Origin: an uncultured delta proteobacterium
GTDB lineage: Bacteria > Desulfobacterota > Binatia > UBA9968
Assembly: GCA_963745035.1 (NCBI GenBank)
Contig: CAVUVW010000015.1
Coordinates: 160,001-224,000, forward strand
Length of the DNA stretch: 64,000 nt
Direction: 5' to 3'
The position numbers and the translations under genes are program-made. Within the stretch, counting starts at the first letter, position 1, and the number at the start of each line of letters is the position of its first letter. This document shows positions 9,509-20,994 of the stretch, piece by piece. Below the pieces are notes generated by a model that saw only the letters and a program-made list of their open reading frames with translations, was not told where the DNA came from and made no database searches.

Positions 9509-10245
9509 GTTGCTCGGTTGGACCGTCGAAGACGATCTGCCCGGCGCGCAGGCCGACGACCCGATCTGCGTAGGCGCGCGTGAGCTCGAGAGTATGCAGG
9601 CTCACCAGCGCGGTGATGCCATCCTCGCGGCACACCCGTTTGAGCAGATCGAGCACCAGGCGCGCCAGTTTGGGGTCGAGGCTCGACATCGGCTCATCGG
9701 CGAGAATCAAAGCCGGCCGCTGCATTAAAGTCCGCGCGATAGCGACCCGTTGCTGCTCGCCGCCGCTGAGCTCGTCGGCGCGCTTGTAGGCGTGCTCGAT
9801 CAGCCCGACGCGCTTGAGATTGGCGAGCGCTCGGCGGCGCTCATCGCGGCTGAAGATTCTCAGCGTGCTGCGCAACGCCGGCTGATAGCCGAGCCCGCCG
9901 CACGAGCACGTTGTCGATGACCGATAAGCGTTTGGCGAGATTGAATTGCTGGAAGATCATGCCGATCCGGCGGCGCAAATGGCGCAGAGCGCCGGCATCG
10001 AGCTGCAAAACGTCGATGGGCGCGCCGTCCGGCGCGCTCGCCAAAAGTCCGCGCGGCACCAGGACCTCTCCCGAGCCCGCCTGAACCAAGCGATTGATAC
10101 AGCGTAGCAAGGTCGACTTACCCGCGCCCGACAGGCCGATGATGCCGACAAATTCTCCCTGCTCCACTTTGAAGGAAACGCCGCGCAGAACCGGCGCGCC
10201 GCCGTTGTATGAATGGCCGAGCTCGCGAATGTCGAGAATGGTCAC
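9465..10245 (-). CDS. phnC: phosphonate ABC transporter ATP-binding protein (one +1 frameshift near 9900)
   Basis: GLSGAGKS and [10 protein letters not shown] in one frame; [19 protein letters not shown] and SLH in the next. Confidence 0.9.
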
Positions 10246-11156
10246 GGCTGTTTTTTTTGCAGGCCGTCTTTGATGGCGATGCCGGCGTCGGCAAAGGCCC
10301 GGCGCACCGAGTCATAGTCGCCGTCGGTGGCGGGAACGAAGCCGTCGATTTGATAGAGCTCGCGCAGCATTTTTTTCCCCTGGGGATCGCTGCTGAGCTC
10401 GATAAACGTCTGCTCGATCTGGTCCACCAGACCGCGCTCCAGGCTGGCGCTCACCACCAGATTATCGGCCGGGATCGGCTCGGAAAAGGCGATAGCGCGA
10501 ATCTTCTTCGCCTCCTCGGCGCTTTTCAAGTAGCGCATCCAAGCCGTGTCGCTGCCGTCCGGCGAATTGGCGTAGGTGGCACCGGCGTCGACCTTGCCGT
10601 GGAGCACGGCCAGCACGGTGGCGTCGTGACCGCCGGAATGTAAGACCTGCTTGAAGTCGCGCACCGGATCGATACCGCGCTTCTTGAGCATCCGTCGCGG
10701 AATGACGTTGCCGGTGGTCGAGAGCGCATCGCCGAACGCGAAACTCTTGCCGCGCAGGTCGTCGAGACTGCGGATGCCGCTGTCGGCGCGAACGATGATC
10801 GCGGCATAATAAAAAGGGATGCCCTTGCGCTCGGACTTGAGGATAACCCGGATATTGGCCTCGTTCTTGGCCAACACATAAGAGGCCGGCGTCAAAAATG
10901 CCATGTCGAGCTTGTTCACCCGCAGCGCCTCGACCACGCCGGTATAGTCCGTGGCGACGAAGGGCTGGACCTCCATGTTCAGTCGTTTTCGCAGGATCTC
11001 GACGATCGGCTGCGCGTTTTGCATTACCCGCTGTGCGTCCTCGGAGGGCACGAAACCGACGCGTAAAACTTTTTCCCTCTCACCGGCATCACCGCAGCCG
11101 AACACGAACATCGCCACAACCAGGGCGAGCCAATGCCGGATAAAGTCATTCATCAT
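10242..11156 (-). CDS. phnD: phosphate/phosphite/phosphonate ABC substrate-binding lipoprotein
   Basis: Lipobox VFGC; DYTGVVEALR, GDALSTTG, GGHDA and G.VDAGA motifs. Confidence 0.9.
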   Translation of the reverse strand: MMNDFIRHWLALVVAMFVFGCGDAGEREKVLRVGFVPSEDAQRVMQNAQPIVEILRKRLNMEVQPFVATDYTGVVEALRVNKLDMAFLTPASYVLAKNEANIRVILKSERKGIPFYYAAIIVRADSGIRSLDDLRGKSFAFGDALSTTGNVIPRRMLKKRGIDPVRDFKQVLHSGGHDATVLAVLHGKVDAGATYANSPDGSDTAWMRYLKSAEEAKKIRAIAFSEPIPADNLVVSASLERGLVDQIEQTFIELSSDPQGKKMLRELYQIDGFVPATDGDYDSVRRAFADAGIAIKDGLQKKQP

Positions 11157-11232
11157 CCCGCATTAATTGATACTGAATGGCCGGAGGCGGTGCAAACGTT
11201 TTGTTTTTTGCCAAATGCTAACTAAGCCACTG

Positions 11233-12062
11233 GTGAGCTGGAAAACTCATTGGATTGCCGTCTCGCTGCTTCTGCTCTCGGCGTGCTCGACCGCGCCGAC
11301 GACGCGGACTGTGGCGGAAAGCGCGCTCGGCACGCTTCGAGAAAACTCGATGGCGCGGTTTTTTTATGCAAGCGCGGGCGGCCGGCCGAAGCCTATCTCG
11401 TTCGACCGCGCGGCGCGGGCCCTTTTCCTCTGATCGCATTTTTGCACGGCCATAGCTTGTCCGGTCTCGGCGCGATCAGACTCTTGCCTGCAGCGAAGCT
11501 TTTCGGCCGGGAAGTCTGCTACGCCGGCACGGAAGTGCGCGCCGGCCTGCTCGAGGAAACCACCCGCAGTGCCGTCCTCGATGCGATCGCGGCGGCGAAG
11601 AAGCTATCGTGGATCGATGCCGAGCGTCTCTATATTATTACGGATTTTCGCGCGGCGCGGTGGTGGCGACGGCGCTGGTCCATCAGATCGATGGCCTGAA
11701 GGGCGCCCTGCTCCACTCCGGCGCCTACGATCTCGCCACGCTGTATCAAGATACCTCGAGCTTCTGGCTGCGTCAGTTGCTCAACCCCGACGGCGAGGAG
11801 CAGCCCCGCTTCCATGATTTGCTGTCCGAAGTGAGCGGTTGGCGCTTCAGCACTTTGGTGTTGCACGGCGGCCGGGACTCGCTTGTTCCTTTTTTCCCAG
11901 GCCCTTTTGCTGCGCGAACGGCTGGCGAGCCTCGGTAAGGCGCATCGCCTCGTGGCGTTCCCGGAGCACGGGCACTGCTTGCCGATCCGCGACATCAAAG
12001 ATCAAGCAGTGCAGTTCTTAATCGAAATCGGCGGTGCTGCCTGCGCTGTTACCGATCCTTGA
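11233..12062 (+). pseudogene. alpha/beta hydrolase lipoprotein (S9/dienelactone-hydrolase-like) broken by three frameshifts
   Basis: Pieces across frames: LLLSAC lipobox, PFPLIAFLHGH, YGFSRGA nucleophile, LVLHGGRDSLVP, FPEHGH. Shifts near 11365, 11635 and 11895. Confidence 0.7.
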
Positions 12063-12891
12063 TCTCGGTCAGGAGTTGAGCGGCCTGTTTCTTGTGTTTG
12101 CTGTCGTCGGAGAATCGGATCGGCAGGTCGGCAATCGATCGTAGCAGCGCCCGCGCCGGCTCCCATTCCTCTCTGGCGATATGGGTGCGCGCCAGCTCCA
12201 GCCGCGAAACGATCACGGTAGGCTCGAGCTCGATCGCTTTTTTGAGATATTCAAGCGACTTTTCCAGACTGCCGGTCGGCACCGACTGGCCGTAGAGCAC
12301 CGAGGCCATTACTCGGCTGGCGCTGCCGATCTCGGCGAGCTTGCGGTGCCACACGCCATAAATGTGGTACGCCGGCCCGTTGCGCGGATCGAGAGCGATC
12401 GCCCGCTCCACTTCGTTGCGAATCTCGCTGGCGAGCTCAACCTGCTTTGCCACCGGCGAGACCACGGCGATACTGCCCAACGCCGCCGCCACCCAAAAAT
12501 GGCCCCACGCGGACTTGGGATCCACTTGGACCGCCTTGCGCGCGTGCTCCTCGGCGACGACGTACTCCTTCAGCTTGCGCTCTTTCCAATCGGCGCCGTT
12601 CTCGGCGATCATGTCGCCGATATCGATGTAAGCGCGCGCCAGCTTCGCCAGCGCTTCAAAGTTACGGGCGTCGACTTCGATGATTTTTTGCAGCTCCGCG
12701 ACCGCCTCTTTCGGCTTGAATTGACCATAGAGCCGGTCGGCATTTTTGTGCCAGCGGGCGATATCGGCCTTGCAGCAGCCCGGCGGTTCATCGGCGGCCG
12801 GCCCTTCGCCTGCTCCGACGCCGAGCGCCGCGCCGACAAGAATCATCGCGCTCAGGCAAAACCGCGAAATCATCGGCTTGGCGACAGTCAT
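12049..12891 (-). CDS. secreted TPR protein, RMD (regulator of microtubule dynamics)-like
   Basis: Signal peptide; TPR helices with [20 protein letters not shown] and ASVLYG..P.GS motifs. Confidence 0.7.
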   Translation of the reverse strand: MTVAKPMISRFCLSAMILVGAALGVGAGEGPAADEPPGCCKADIARWHKNADRLYGQFKPKEAVAELQKIIEVDARNFEALAKLARAYIDIGDMIAENGADWKERKLKEYVVAEEHARKAVQVDPKSAWGHFWVAAALGSIAVVSPVAKQVELASEIRNEVERAIALDPRNGPAYHIYGVWHRKLAEIGSASRVMASVLYGQSVPTGSLEKSLEYLKKAIELEPTVIVSRLELARTHIAREEWEPARALLRSIADLPIRFSDDSKHKKQAAQLLTEIKDR

Positions 12892-13259
12892 TTTAACGGC
12901 GTCGGTTTTCCCGTCTCGTCGATCGCGACATAGATGACCTCCGCTTCGGTGACCTTGACCCGCTGGCGCGGTTCCCTGCCGCGTTCGGCTTCCACGCTCA
13001 CTTTTATCGTGATCGAAGTTCTGCCCTGGCGCAAGACCGAGGCGTAAAAACTGACCACGTCGCCGACGTACACCGGCGCGATAAACTCGACTCCGCGCAT
13101 CGCCCGGGTGACAAAGTTACGCGACGCCTGGCGCGAGGCGGCGATGCCGCCGGCGAGATCGATGTGGCTCAGAATCGCGCCGCCGAAAATCGTGCCGTGC
13201 GCGTTGGTATCGCGCGGCAGCATGGTTACCCGCAGGGTCGCGTCGAGACCTTCGGCCAT
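12888..13259 (-). CDS. acyl-CoA thioesterase (hotdog fold, YciA-like)
   Basis: [20 protein letters not shown] and GRTSITIKV. Confidence 0.93.
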   Translation of the reverse strand: MAEGLDATLRVTMLPRDTNAHGTIFGGAILSHIDLAGGIAASRQASRNFVTRAMRGVEFIAPVYVGDVVSFYASVLRQGRTSITIKVSVEAERGREPRQRVKVTEAEVIYVAIDETGKPTPLK

Positions 13260-13309
13260 GGGAAATCAATCGAGGATCAGGCGGCACGCGGCCGGCGGCC
13301 GCGACGAGG

Positions 13310-14227
13310 TCAAACGTGGGTGAGCCATTTCTCGTACTTGCGGTTCTTCCCTTTGATCACGTCGAAAAACGTTTGCTGAATTTTTTCGGTGACGGGCCCG
13401 CGCCGCCCGGCGCCGATCTGCCGGTCGTCGACCTCGCGGATCGGTGTCAGCTCCGCCGCCGTGCCGGTAAAAAACGCCTCATCGGCGATGTACAGCTCGT
13501 CGCGCGTGAAACGATCTTCGATCACCGGATAGCCGATGTCGCGCGCCAGAGTGATGATCGAGTCGCGCGTGATGCCCGGCAAGATCGAAGTGAGCGGCGT
13601 GGTTTTGATCTTGCCGTCGCGCACGATAAAAATGTTCTCACCGCTCGCTTCCGAAACGTAGCCTTCGCCGTCGAGCATGACCGCCTCATCGTAGCCCGCC
13701 TTCTTGACCTCGGCTTTGGCGAGCACCGAATTGACGTAGTTGCCCGTCGTCTTGCTCTTGGTCATCATTACGTTCACGTGGTGCCGGGTGTACGACGACA
13801 CTTTGGCGCGAATACCGTTCAGGATGCCCTCGTCGCCGAGGTACGCCCCCCAGGGCCACACCGCGATGCAGACGTTCACCGGATTGTGCGGTACGTAGAT
13901 TCCCAGCTCGCCCAGTCCGACGAAAGCGAGAGGGCGGATATAGCAGGCCTTGAGCTTGTTGGCGCGAATGACTTCGGCGGTCGCCTGGCACATCTGCTCG
14001 ACCGTATACGGCAGAGGAAATCCGAGAATCTTGCCGGAATCGGCGAGCCGGCGCATGTGCTCCGGCAAGCGGAACACCGCCGAGCGCCCGTCGGCCAGCT
14101 CATAGCAGCGGATGCCTTCGAAGTATCCCGTGCCGTAGTGCAGCGCATGCGCCAGGACATGCACCTTGGCGTCCTCCCAGGCGATCAATTCTCCGTCAAA
14201 CCAGATTTTTTCGGTTTTAAGCGACAT
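13310..14227 (-). CDS. ilvE: branched-chain amino acid aminotransferase
   Basis: LHYGTGYFEGIR, EASGENIF, ILPGITR and FFTGTAAE. Confidence 0.97.
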   Translation of the reverse strand: MSLKTEKIWFDGELIAWEDAKVHVLAHALHYGTGYFEGIRCYELADGRSAVFRLPEHMRRLADSGKILGFPLPYTVEQMCQATAEVIRANKLKACYIRPLAFVGLGELGIYVPHNPVNVCIAVWPWGAYLGDEGILNGIRAKVSSYTRHHVNVMMTKSKTTGNYVNSVLAKAEVKKAGYDEAVMLDGEGYVSEASGENIFIVRDGKIKTTPLTSILPGITRDSIITLARDIGYPVIEDRFTRDELYIADEAFFTGTAAELTPIREVDDRQIGAGRRGPVTEKIQQTFFDVIKGKNRKYEKWLTHV

Positions 14228-14309
14228 GGTTCATCTCTGTTCGACGCCGCGAGCAGCTTCGCAGGTCGCGATTAATTGTACGTGCCTCCACCGGGCTCAT
14301 CAAGCGGGC

Positions 14310-14341
14310 AAAAAAAAGGCCACCCGGTTTTCCGCGTGGCC
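14310..14341 (-). terminator. intrinsic terminator after the HU gene
   Basis: GGCCACGCGG-AAAA-CCGGGTGGCC followed by T8 on the minus strand. Confidence 0.75.
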
Positions 14342-14362
14342 GCCGACGGATGACCGGAAGCT

Positions 14363-14632
14363 CTACAAGCCGTTTTTCAATACCGGCGCCGCCTTGAATC
14401 CAACGGTGCGGCTCGCTTTGATGCTGATCGCCGCGCCGGTTTGCGGGTTTCTTCCTTTGCGCGCTTTGCGCGAGCGCACCGTGAACGTGCCGAAGCCCGG
14501 CACCTGAACGCGCCGGCTTTTTTTGATCGCCTTGGCGATGCTGTCAAAGGTTGCATCCACCGCTTCGCCGGCGGCGCTTTTGCTGATCTTCGCACTCTTA
14601 GCGACAGCTTCGATGAGTTCTGCTTTGGTCAT
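14363..14632 (-). CDS. hup: HU family DNA-binding protein
   Basis: MTKAELIEAVA, GFGTF and RKGRNPQTG. Confidence 0.96.
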   Translation of the reverse strand: MTKAELIEAVAKSAKISKSAAGEAVDATFDSIAKAIKKSRRVQVPGFGTFTVRSRKARKGRNPQTGAAISIKASRTVGFKAAPVLKNGL

Positions 14633-14748
14633 CGGCGTTCACCTCGCTTGGACAAGCTGCGCGTTTCCCCAATCGTTTGCTGTAAACCGTCTCGCCAAAA
14701 AAAAATTGCCAAAAAGAAGGTCGATCATTTCCAATTCGCCGGCAAATG

Positions 14749-15690
14749 TCAACACTTTTTCGGCGCCGCGGCTTCGTGCAGCAGGCCATAGCGCACGCCT
14801 TGGTCGCTGACGATCACCTGATCGGCGCGGCCGTGGTTCATAATGCGTTCGAGCACCCAGGCGCCGGCCAAGATCACGTCCGCTCTTCCCGGTTCGAGAC
14901 CGACGATCCGGCGCCGCTCCGCCAGCGTTGCGCGTTCGAGCTGCGCAACCTGGCGCCGCACTCCCGCGAGGGTCAGCACGGCGCCGTGGACTTGGGCGTG
15001 AGAGTAGCGCGCCAAGTTTTTTTCCATCGCCAGCAAAGTCGTAACCGTCGCCGCAATGCCGATCATCGCGCGGCGCGCACCGTCGCCGAGGTCCGGCTCG
15101 CGCAAGCGCGCGAGCGTCTCCTCGATGGCCGCGTTCATGCGCGCGACTTCCTCGGGCTTGACCGGATCGGAGAGAAGAAACCGTTCCGTGAGCCGCACCG
15201 AACCGAGGTCGAGGCTCGCGCAATGAGACATTCCCCCGGCGTCGCCCGCGATCAGCTCGGTGCTGCCACCGCCGATATCGATGACCAAAAGTCGCGGTTC
15301 GCTGAGCGACAGGCCGCGCTGCACGGCGAGAAACGAATAGCCCGCTTCCTCGGCGCCGGAAATGACCCGAATGTCGAAACCGATCTCGCGGCGAAAACGC
15401 GCGCATACTTCGGCGCTGTTCTCGGCATCGCGTAGCGCGCTGGTGCCGACCGCAAAAAATTCTTCGACGCCCAGGCTATCGCAGCGGGCGCGATAGCGCC
15501 GCAGCGCGGCGAGGGTGCGCCGTTCGCCTTCCGCGCCGATGCACCGAGTGTGATCGACACCCTGTCCTAGCCGGGTGATTTCCGCCAGATCGTCCAAGAC
15601 CCGGAAGCGGCCGGTGTCGCGGATCTCCGCGATCAGGCAAAGAGCCGTGTTCGTGCCGATGTCGAAAAATGCGCTCCGGCGCGGGCTCAC
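14749..15690 (-). CDS. ppx: Ppx/GppA family phosphatase (in frame with upstream trmFO)
   Basis: [42 protein letters not shown] and GVRYG. A probable own GTG start lies at 15690. Confidence 0.9.
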   Translation of the reverse strand: MSPRRSAFFDIGTNTALCLIAEIRDTGRFRVLDDLAEITRLGQGVDHTRCIGAEGERRTLAALRRYRARCDSLGVEEFFAVGTSALRDAENSAEVCARFRREIGFDIRVISGAEEAGYSFLAVQRGLSLSEPRLLVIDIGGGSTELIAGDAGGMSHCASLDLGSVRLTERFLLSDPVKPEEVARMNAAIEETLARLREPDLGDGARRAMIGIAATVTTLLAMEKNLARYSHAQVHGAVLTLAGVRRQVAQLERATLAERRRIVGLEPGRADVILAGAWVLERIMNHGRADQVIVSDQGVRYGLLHEAAAPKKC

Positions 15691-17050
15691 GGCGCCGTCC
15701 CAGAGCGCGGCCGCAAGCGGCGCATCCTCGGCGCTCCCCGTCACGCCGCTCGCGCGCGCCCATGCCCCCATGTCGGCCAGCGCCCGGCGCGCCATCATTT
15801 CTTTTTTCGCCCTGCCGCGTAGACACGCCGCCAGCGGCGCGATCAAGCCGAAGTTCACGTTCATCGGCTGAAAGCGCCGGCGCTGCGGATCGGTGATGTA
15901 TCCCAAGAGCGCTCCCAGCGCGGTGGTCGTGGGCGGCGTCACCGCCGGCTTTCCCGCCAAAAGTTTCGCCGCGTTGATGCCGGCCAGCAGTCCGGTGGCG
16001 GCCGACTCGATGTAGCCTTCGACGCCGGTCATCTGGCCGGCGAAAAACAGCGTCTCGCGCTTGCGCCATTGCAGGGTGGCGAGCAAATGCTGCGGCGCAT
16101 TGATGAAGGTGTTGCGGTGCAGGCTGCCGAGACGGACGAACTCCGCGTTCGCCAATCCCGGGATCAACGCGAAAACACGGCGCTGCTCCGGATAGGTCAT
16201 CTTGGTTTGAAAGCCGACCAGGTTGTAGAGCGTGCGCTCGCGGTTTTCCTGGCGCAGTTGCACAACCGCGTAGGGCCGCCGGCCGCTGCGCGGGTCGATC
16301 AGTCCCACCGCGCGCATCGGACCGAAGGCGAGGGTTTCGCGACCCCGGTCGGCCATTTCTTCGATCGGCATGCAGCCCTCGAACGGCATGAAGCGCTCGA
16401 AGCTGTGGGTCGGCACGCGCTCGGCGCGCAAGAGCGCGCCGACGAAACCGTCGTACTGCTCGCGCGTCAGCGGCAAGTTGAGATAGTCGTCGCCGCCTTT
16501 GCCGTAGCGGGCGGCGCGATAAGCGACACCCATGTCGATCGACTCCGCGGTCACGATCGGCGAGATCGCGTCGTAGAAGTACAGATGGGCCTCACCCAAG
16601 CCGGCGCGCGAGATCACTCGACATGGCCGGCGAGGTAAGCGGTCCGGTGGCGACGATCACGACGCCGTCGTCCGGGATCGCGTGCGCCTCTTGACGCACA
16701 ATCCGCACCGCCGGGAGACTCTCCACGGCGCGCGTGAGCGCCCGGCTGAACTGTTCGCGATCCACTGCCAGCGCGGCGCCCGCCGGCACGCGGGTCGCCT
16801 CGGCGCAACGCAGAACGAGGGAATCGAGCCGGCGCATCTCCGCCTTCAACAAACCCGCCGGCGCGCTCAACAAATCGGAACGGAGCGAGTTGCTGCACAC
16901 CAGCTCGCCGAGATTCGCGCTCGCGTGCGCTTCCGTGCGCCGCTCCGGGCGCATCTCGAAAAGCTCCACGGCAACGCCGCGCCGAGCAAGCTGCCAAGCC
17001 GCTTCCGCCCCGGCAAGACCGCCGCCGATGATGCGCACAAAATTTTCCAT
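15691..17050 (-). CDS. trmFO: tRNA m5U54 methyltransferase TrmFO (+1 frameshift near 16595; no stop codon before ppx)
   Basis: [59 protein letters not shown] and FQPMNVNFG. Confidence 0.93.
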
Positions 17051-17161
17051 GGAATGTCGCTGCCGGCGCTCGAAATCTCAAGGAGACCGCGGCGAACCGG
17101 CCGGTGAAAACGTCGACGGCAAGCCGCCGCGGCGATCAGCCGACGCGAAAAGCTGCTCGCG

Positions 17162-19481
17162 CTACTGCTCGGCGACCTGGATCGAGTAGCCGCACTCCTT
17201 TTTATAGCAGCGATGGGTGCGGCCGGCGCGCTTGGTCACCTTCTCGACCAAGATCGGGCTGCCGCAATCGGGACAGGGAGTCGGCATCGGTTTGTCCCAC
17301 GAAGCGAACTTGCACTCGGGATAGCTGATCGCAGCCGTAGAACACTTTGCCCCAGCGCGATTTCCGCTCCTTGATATTGCCTTCCTTGCATTCGGGGCAT
17401 TTGATACCCAAATCCACCGGCTTTTCCAGCGGCTGGATATTCTTGCATTCGGGATAGCCGCTGCAGCCGAGGAACTTGCCGAACTTGCCCCAGCGCAGCA
17501 GCATCGGCCGGCCGCACTCGCCGCAGGTCTCGTTGACTTCCTCTTCGGCCACGATCTCGATCTCGCCGCTTTCGCCGCGCTTGAAATTTTTCGTGTTCTT
17601 GCACTCGGGATACTGCGGGCAGGCGAGAAACTCGCCGTTGCGCCCCCATTTGATCACCATCTTGGCGCCGCACTTGTCGCAATCCACATCGGTCGGCACT
17701 TCCTGGCGCTTGACGTCGCGCATCTCCTTTTCGGCTTTTTTGAGATCGCGCGAGAAAGGAGTGTAAAAGCGCTTCATCGCTTTGGTCCACTTCTCTTTCC
17801 CTTCTTCGATCTTGTCGAGCTCGTCTTCCATGCCGGCGGTAAACTCGACGTTCAAAATATCCGGAAAGCTTTCGACCAAAAGGTCGGTGACCAGAAATCC
17901 CAAATCGGTCGGCGCCAGCGCGCGCCCCTCGTTTTGCATCACGTACTCGCGGTCGAGAATATTGGAGATGATCGCCGCGTAGGTCGACGGCCGGCCGATG
18001 CCTTTTTCGTCGAGCTCCTTGATCAAGGAGGCCTGGGTGTAGCGCGGCGGCGGTTGGGTAAAATGCTGGCGTGGATCCATGGAGAGGAGCTGCAACGCAT
18101 CGCCTTTTTGCAGATCCGGCAGGACGCCGTCGGTTTCCTGGGGCTCGTCGGCACCGTCTTCGTCGGCGCCGTTGGCCTGCTGCGCCCGCTCGTCGCGCCC
18201 TTCGATGTACACTTTCATGAAGCCGTCGAATTTGATCTGCTGCCCGGTGGCGCGAAACACCGCCTCGTGAACCGGAATCTCGAAGGAAGTCTGGTCATAC
18301 ACCGCCGGCACCATCTGGCTGGCGACAAAGCGGTCCCAGATCAGCGAATAGAGTTGGAAGAGGTCGCGGCGCAGGTAGCGGCGCACCCGCTCCGGCGCAT
18401 AGTCGAGCGAGGTCGGACGGATCGCTTCGTGGGCATCCTGGGCGCCCTTCTTCGAGCGAAACGTATTGGGCTTGCCCGGCAGATATTCCTTGCCGTATTG
18501 GCCTTGAATATGCCCGCGCACGGCCGCCAGCGCGTCGGCGGAAACGCGCGTCGAATCGGTGCGCATGTAGGTGATCAAACCCACCGAGCCGTCGTTGCCC
18601 AGCTCGACTCCTTCATAAAGGTGCTGCGCAAGCTGCATGGTGCGCCGCGGCTGGAAGCCGAGCTTGCGCGCCGCCTCCTGCTGCAGCTTGCTGGTGACAA
18701 ACGGCGGGGTGGGATAGCGCCGGCGTTCTTTTTTCTCGACTTCGGCGATGGTCCATGCCGCGCCTTGCAACGAAGCGACGATGCTCTGGACCAACTGCTC
18801 ATTTTCCAGGCGAAACTTCTTGTTATCGACCTTCTGTCCCTGCCACTGCACCAAACGGGCCTTGAAGGAAGGCGGCAGCCGGCCTTCCAAAAGCGCCGTC
18901 AGCGACCAGTACTCGACCGACTCGAACGCGCGGATGTCGCGCTCGCGCTCACACACCAGCCGCACCGCCACCGACTGCACCCGTCCCGCGCTCAATCCGC
19001 GCCGCACCTTTTTCCACAGCAGCGGGCTGATCTGATAACCGACCAAACGATCGAGCACGCGCCGGGCGATCTGCGCGTCGAACTTGTTGCGGTCGAGCTC
19101 GAGCGGCTTGGCGATCGCCTCCTGCACCGCTTTTTTGGTGATCTCATTGATCAGGACACGATGCACCCGCTTGTGGTTCTTGGCCACTTGATCGGCGATA
19201 TGCCAGGCAATCGCTTCGCCTTCGCGGTCCGGATCGGAGGCAAGATAGATATGCTCTTTGCCCTTGGCGGCCTTTTTGAGATCGTCGATGACCTTTTTCT
19301 TGGCTTGAATGACGTGAAAATCGGGCGCGAAATCTTTTTTGACATCGACCCCGAGCTTGCTCTTCGGCAAATCGACCACATGCCCGACCGAGGCCTTCAC
19401 CTGAAAATCCCGTCCCAAATATTTTTCCAAGGTTTTCGCCTTGGCGGGCGACTCCACGATGACCAGATTCTTAGCTGCCAT
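17162..19481 (-). CDS. topA: DNA topoisomerase I (+1 frameshift near 17326, in the last zinc ribbon)
   Basis: IVESPAKAKT, DPDREGEAI, SAGRVQS, ITYMRTDS and GIGRPSTY. The C4 zinc ribbons continue in the shifted frame (YPECKFASWDKP...CPDCG...KECGY) to a TAG at 17162. Confidence 0.96.
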
Positions 19482-19519
19482 AATCTTCGACTCGTTCCCG
19501 GCGTTCCATGATGATGAGT

Positions 19520-20662
19520 TTATTTTTCCGCGGCGTACAGATGCCCCGGCGACTGGCGGACAAGTCCTTGCAGCTCCAGGTCCAAAAGAATCTCCAGCAC
19601 CTGCGCCGCCGCGAGCCCGCTGCGCTCGATCACTTGGTCCACTTGCAAAGGGTTGTCCTGCAATAAAGCAAAAATTTTTCGCGTCTGCTCTCCGGCACTC
19701 GGCGGCAGCAGCCGCGCCGGCGCCGGACTCGCCCCGCGGCGCGCAAGCTGCGGCGCGATTTCTTCGACGATATCGTCGACGCTCTCGACCAGCTTGGCCC
19801 CCTGGCGAATCAATTGATGGGCGCCGCGGCTCCGGCTCGCGCCCGCCTCGCCGGGCACGGCGAACACCTCGCGCCCCTGTTCCACGGCCAGGGCCGCGGT
19901 GATCAAGGAACCGCTTTTCTCGGTCGCCTCCACCACCACGACGCCGAGCGACAGCCCGCTGATCAGACGATTGCGCGCGGGAAAATTGAACGCCATCGGC
20001 CGCGTGCCGATGGGCAATTCGGAGAGCACCGCGCCGTTTTCGCTGATCCTGCGGTAAAGCGCTTCATGCTCCGGCGGGTAAGGCCGCTCGACCCCGGAAC
20101 CCAACACCGCGATGGTGCGGCCGCCGGCGCGGAGCGCGCTCTCGTGCGCGACCCCGTCGATGCCCCGCGCCATACCGCTGACCACGGTAAATCCGAGCGA
20201 CGCCAAGCCGCGCGCCAGATCGCGCGCGACGCGCCGGCCATAGTCGCTGGCGCTGCGCGAACCGACGATCGCCACGGCCCGCTCGTCCTCCCCCACCAAG
20301 GTGCCCTTGATGTATAACAACGGCGGCGGGTCGGCGATCATGCGCAGGCGCGCCGGGTAGCGGGGCGAAGTAAAGCGCACGATGTCGATGCCGGCGGCGC
20401 GCACACGGCGCAGCTCGTCGTCGATCTCGACCCAGCCGGAAAAATTCGCGATGCCCTCGATTACTTCGCGGTGCAAGCCCTCGACCCGCTCCAGCTCGGC
20501 GGGCGATGCAAAAAAAGCTTGCGTCGGATCGGCAAACGACGCCGCAAGCTTCTTAAAGCCGACGCCGCCCAGCCCCTTGACCCGGCTAAGCGCAAGCCAT
20601 TGCGCATATTCGTCGCGCACCCGCACGGTCGGCATAACTCCAGATAACGATGGCTCAACCAT
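19520..20662 (-). CDS. dprA: DNA processing protein DprA
   Basis: AIVGSR, VSGMARGID, FPARNRLISGLS and SGSLITA; directly upstream of topA. Confidence 0.96.
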   Translation of the reverse strand: MVEPSLSGVMPTVRVRDEYAQWLALSRVKGLGGVGFKKLAASFADPTQAFFASPAELERVEGLHREVIEGIANFSGWVEIDDELRRVRAAGIDIVRFTSPRYPARLRMIADPPPLLYIKGTLVGEDERAVAIVGSRSASDYGRRVARDLARGLASLGFTVVSGMARGIDGVAHESALRAGGRTIAVLGSGVERPYPPEHEALYRRISENGAVLSELPIGTRPMAFNFPARNRLISGLSLGVVVVEATEKSGSLITAALAVEQGREVFAVPGEAGASRSRGAHQLIRQGAKLVESVDDIVEEIAPQLARRGASPAPARLLPPSAGEQTRKIFALLQDNPLQVDQVIERSGLAAAQVLEILLDLELQGLVRQSPGHLYAAEK

Positions 20663-20994
20663 ACTCGTTTATATTTTGTCAAACTGGCGCGCGGGTCGAT
20701 GATCGGTGCGAAGCCAGGGAGACGAGATCAAAATGATAAGGCAATTCTTCGCCGAAGGCCAGGACAACGCCCAACCAAGCTTGCGCAGCCGGCGGCCCGC
20801 CTCGGCAAAGTTTTGTTTTTACAAACCTTTTTATCGAGAAGTATTTTCGTAGGGCGGTCGAGATAAAGGGCGCGGACAACGAAAATATCATCGCGCGACC
20901 GAGCGGCCGGGCCCATCAGCGCCGACAAATTGTCAGTCAACCGGTCGCGCGAACTGCAAAGCAGTAACAAGGACTGCGATCATGCCGCGCAAAC

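Noticed and set aside
16592-16594. In-frame TGA in trmFO as selenocysteine or read-through
   Set aside because: Homology continues in a different frame ([12 protein letters not shown]), so this is a frameshift.
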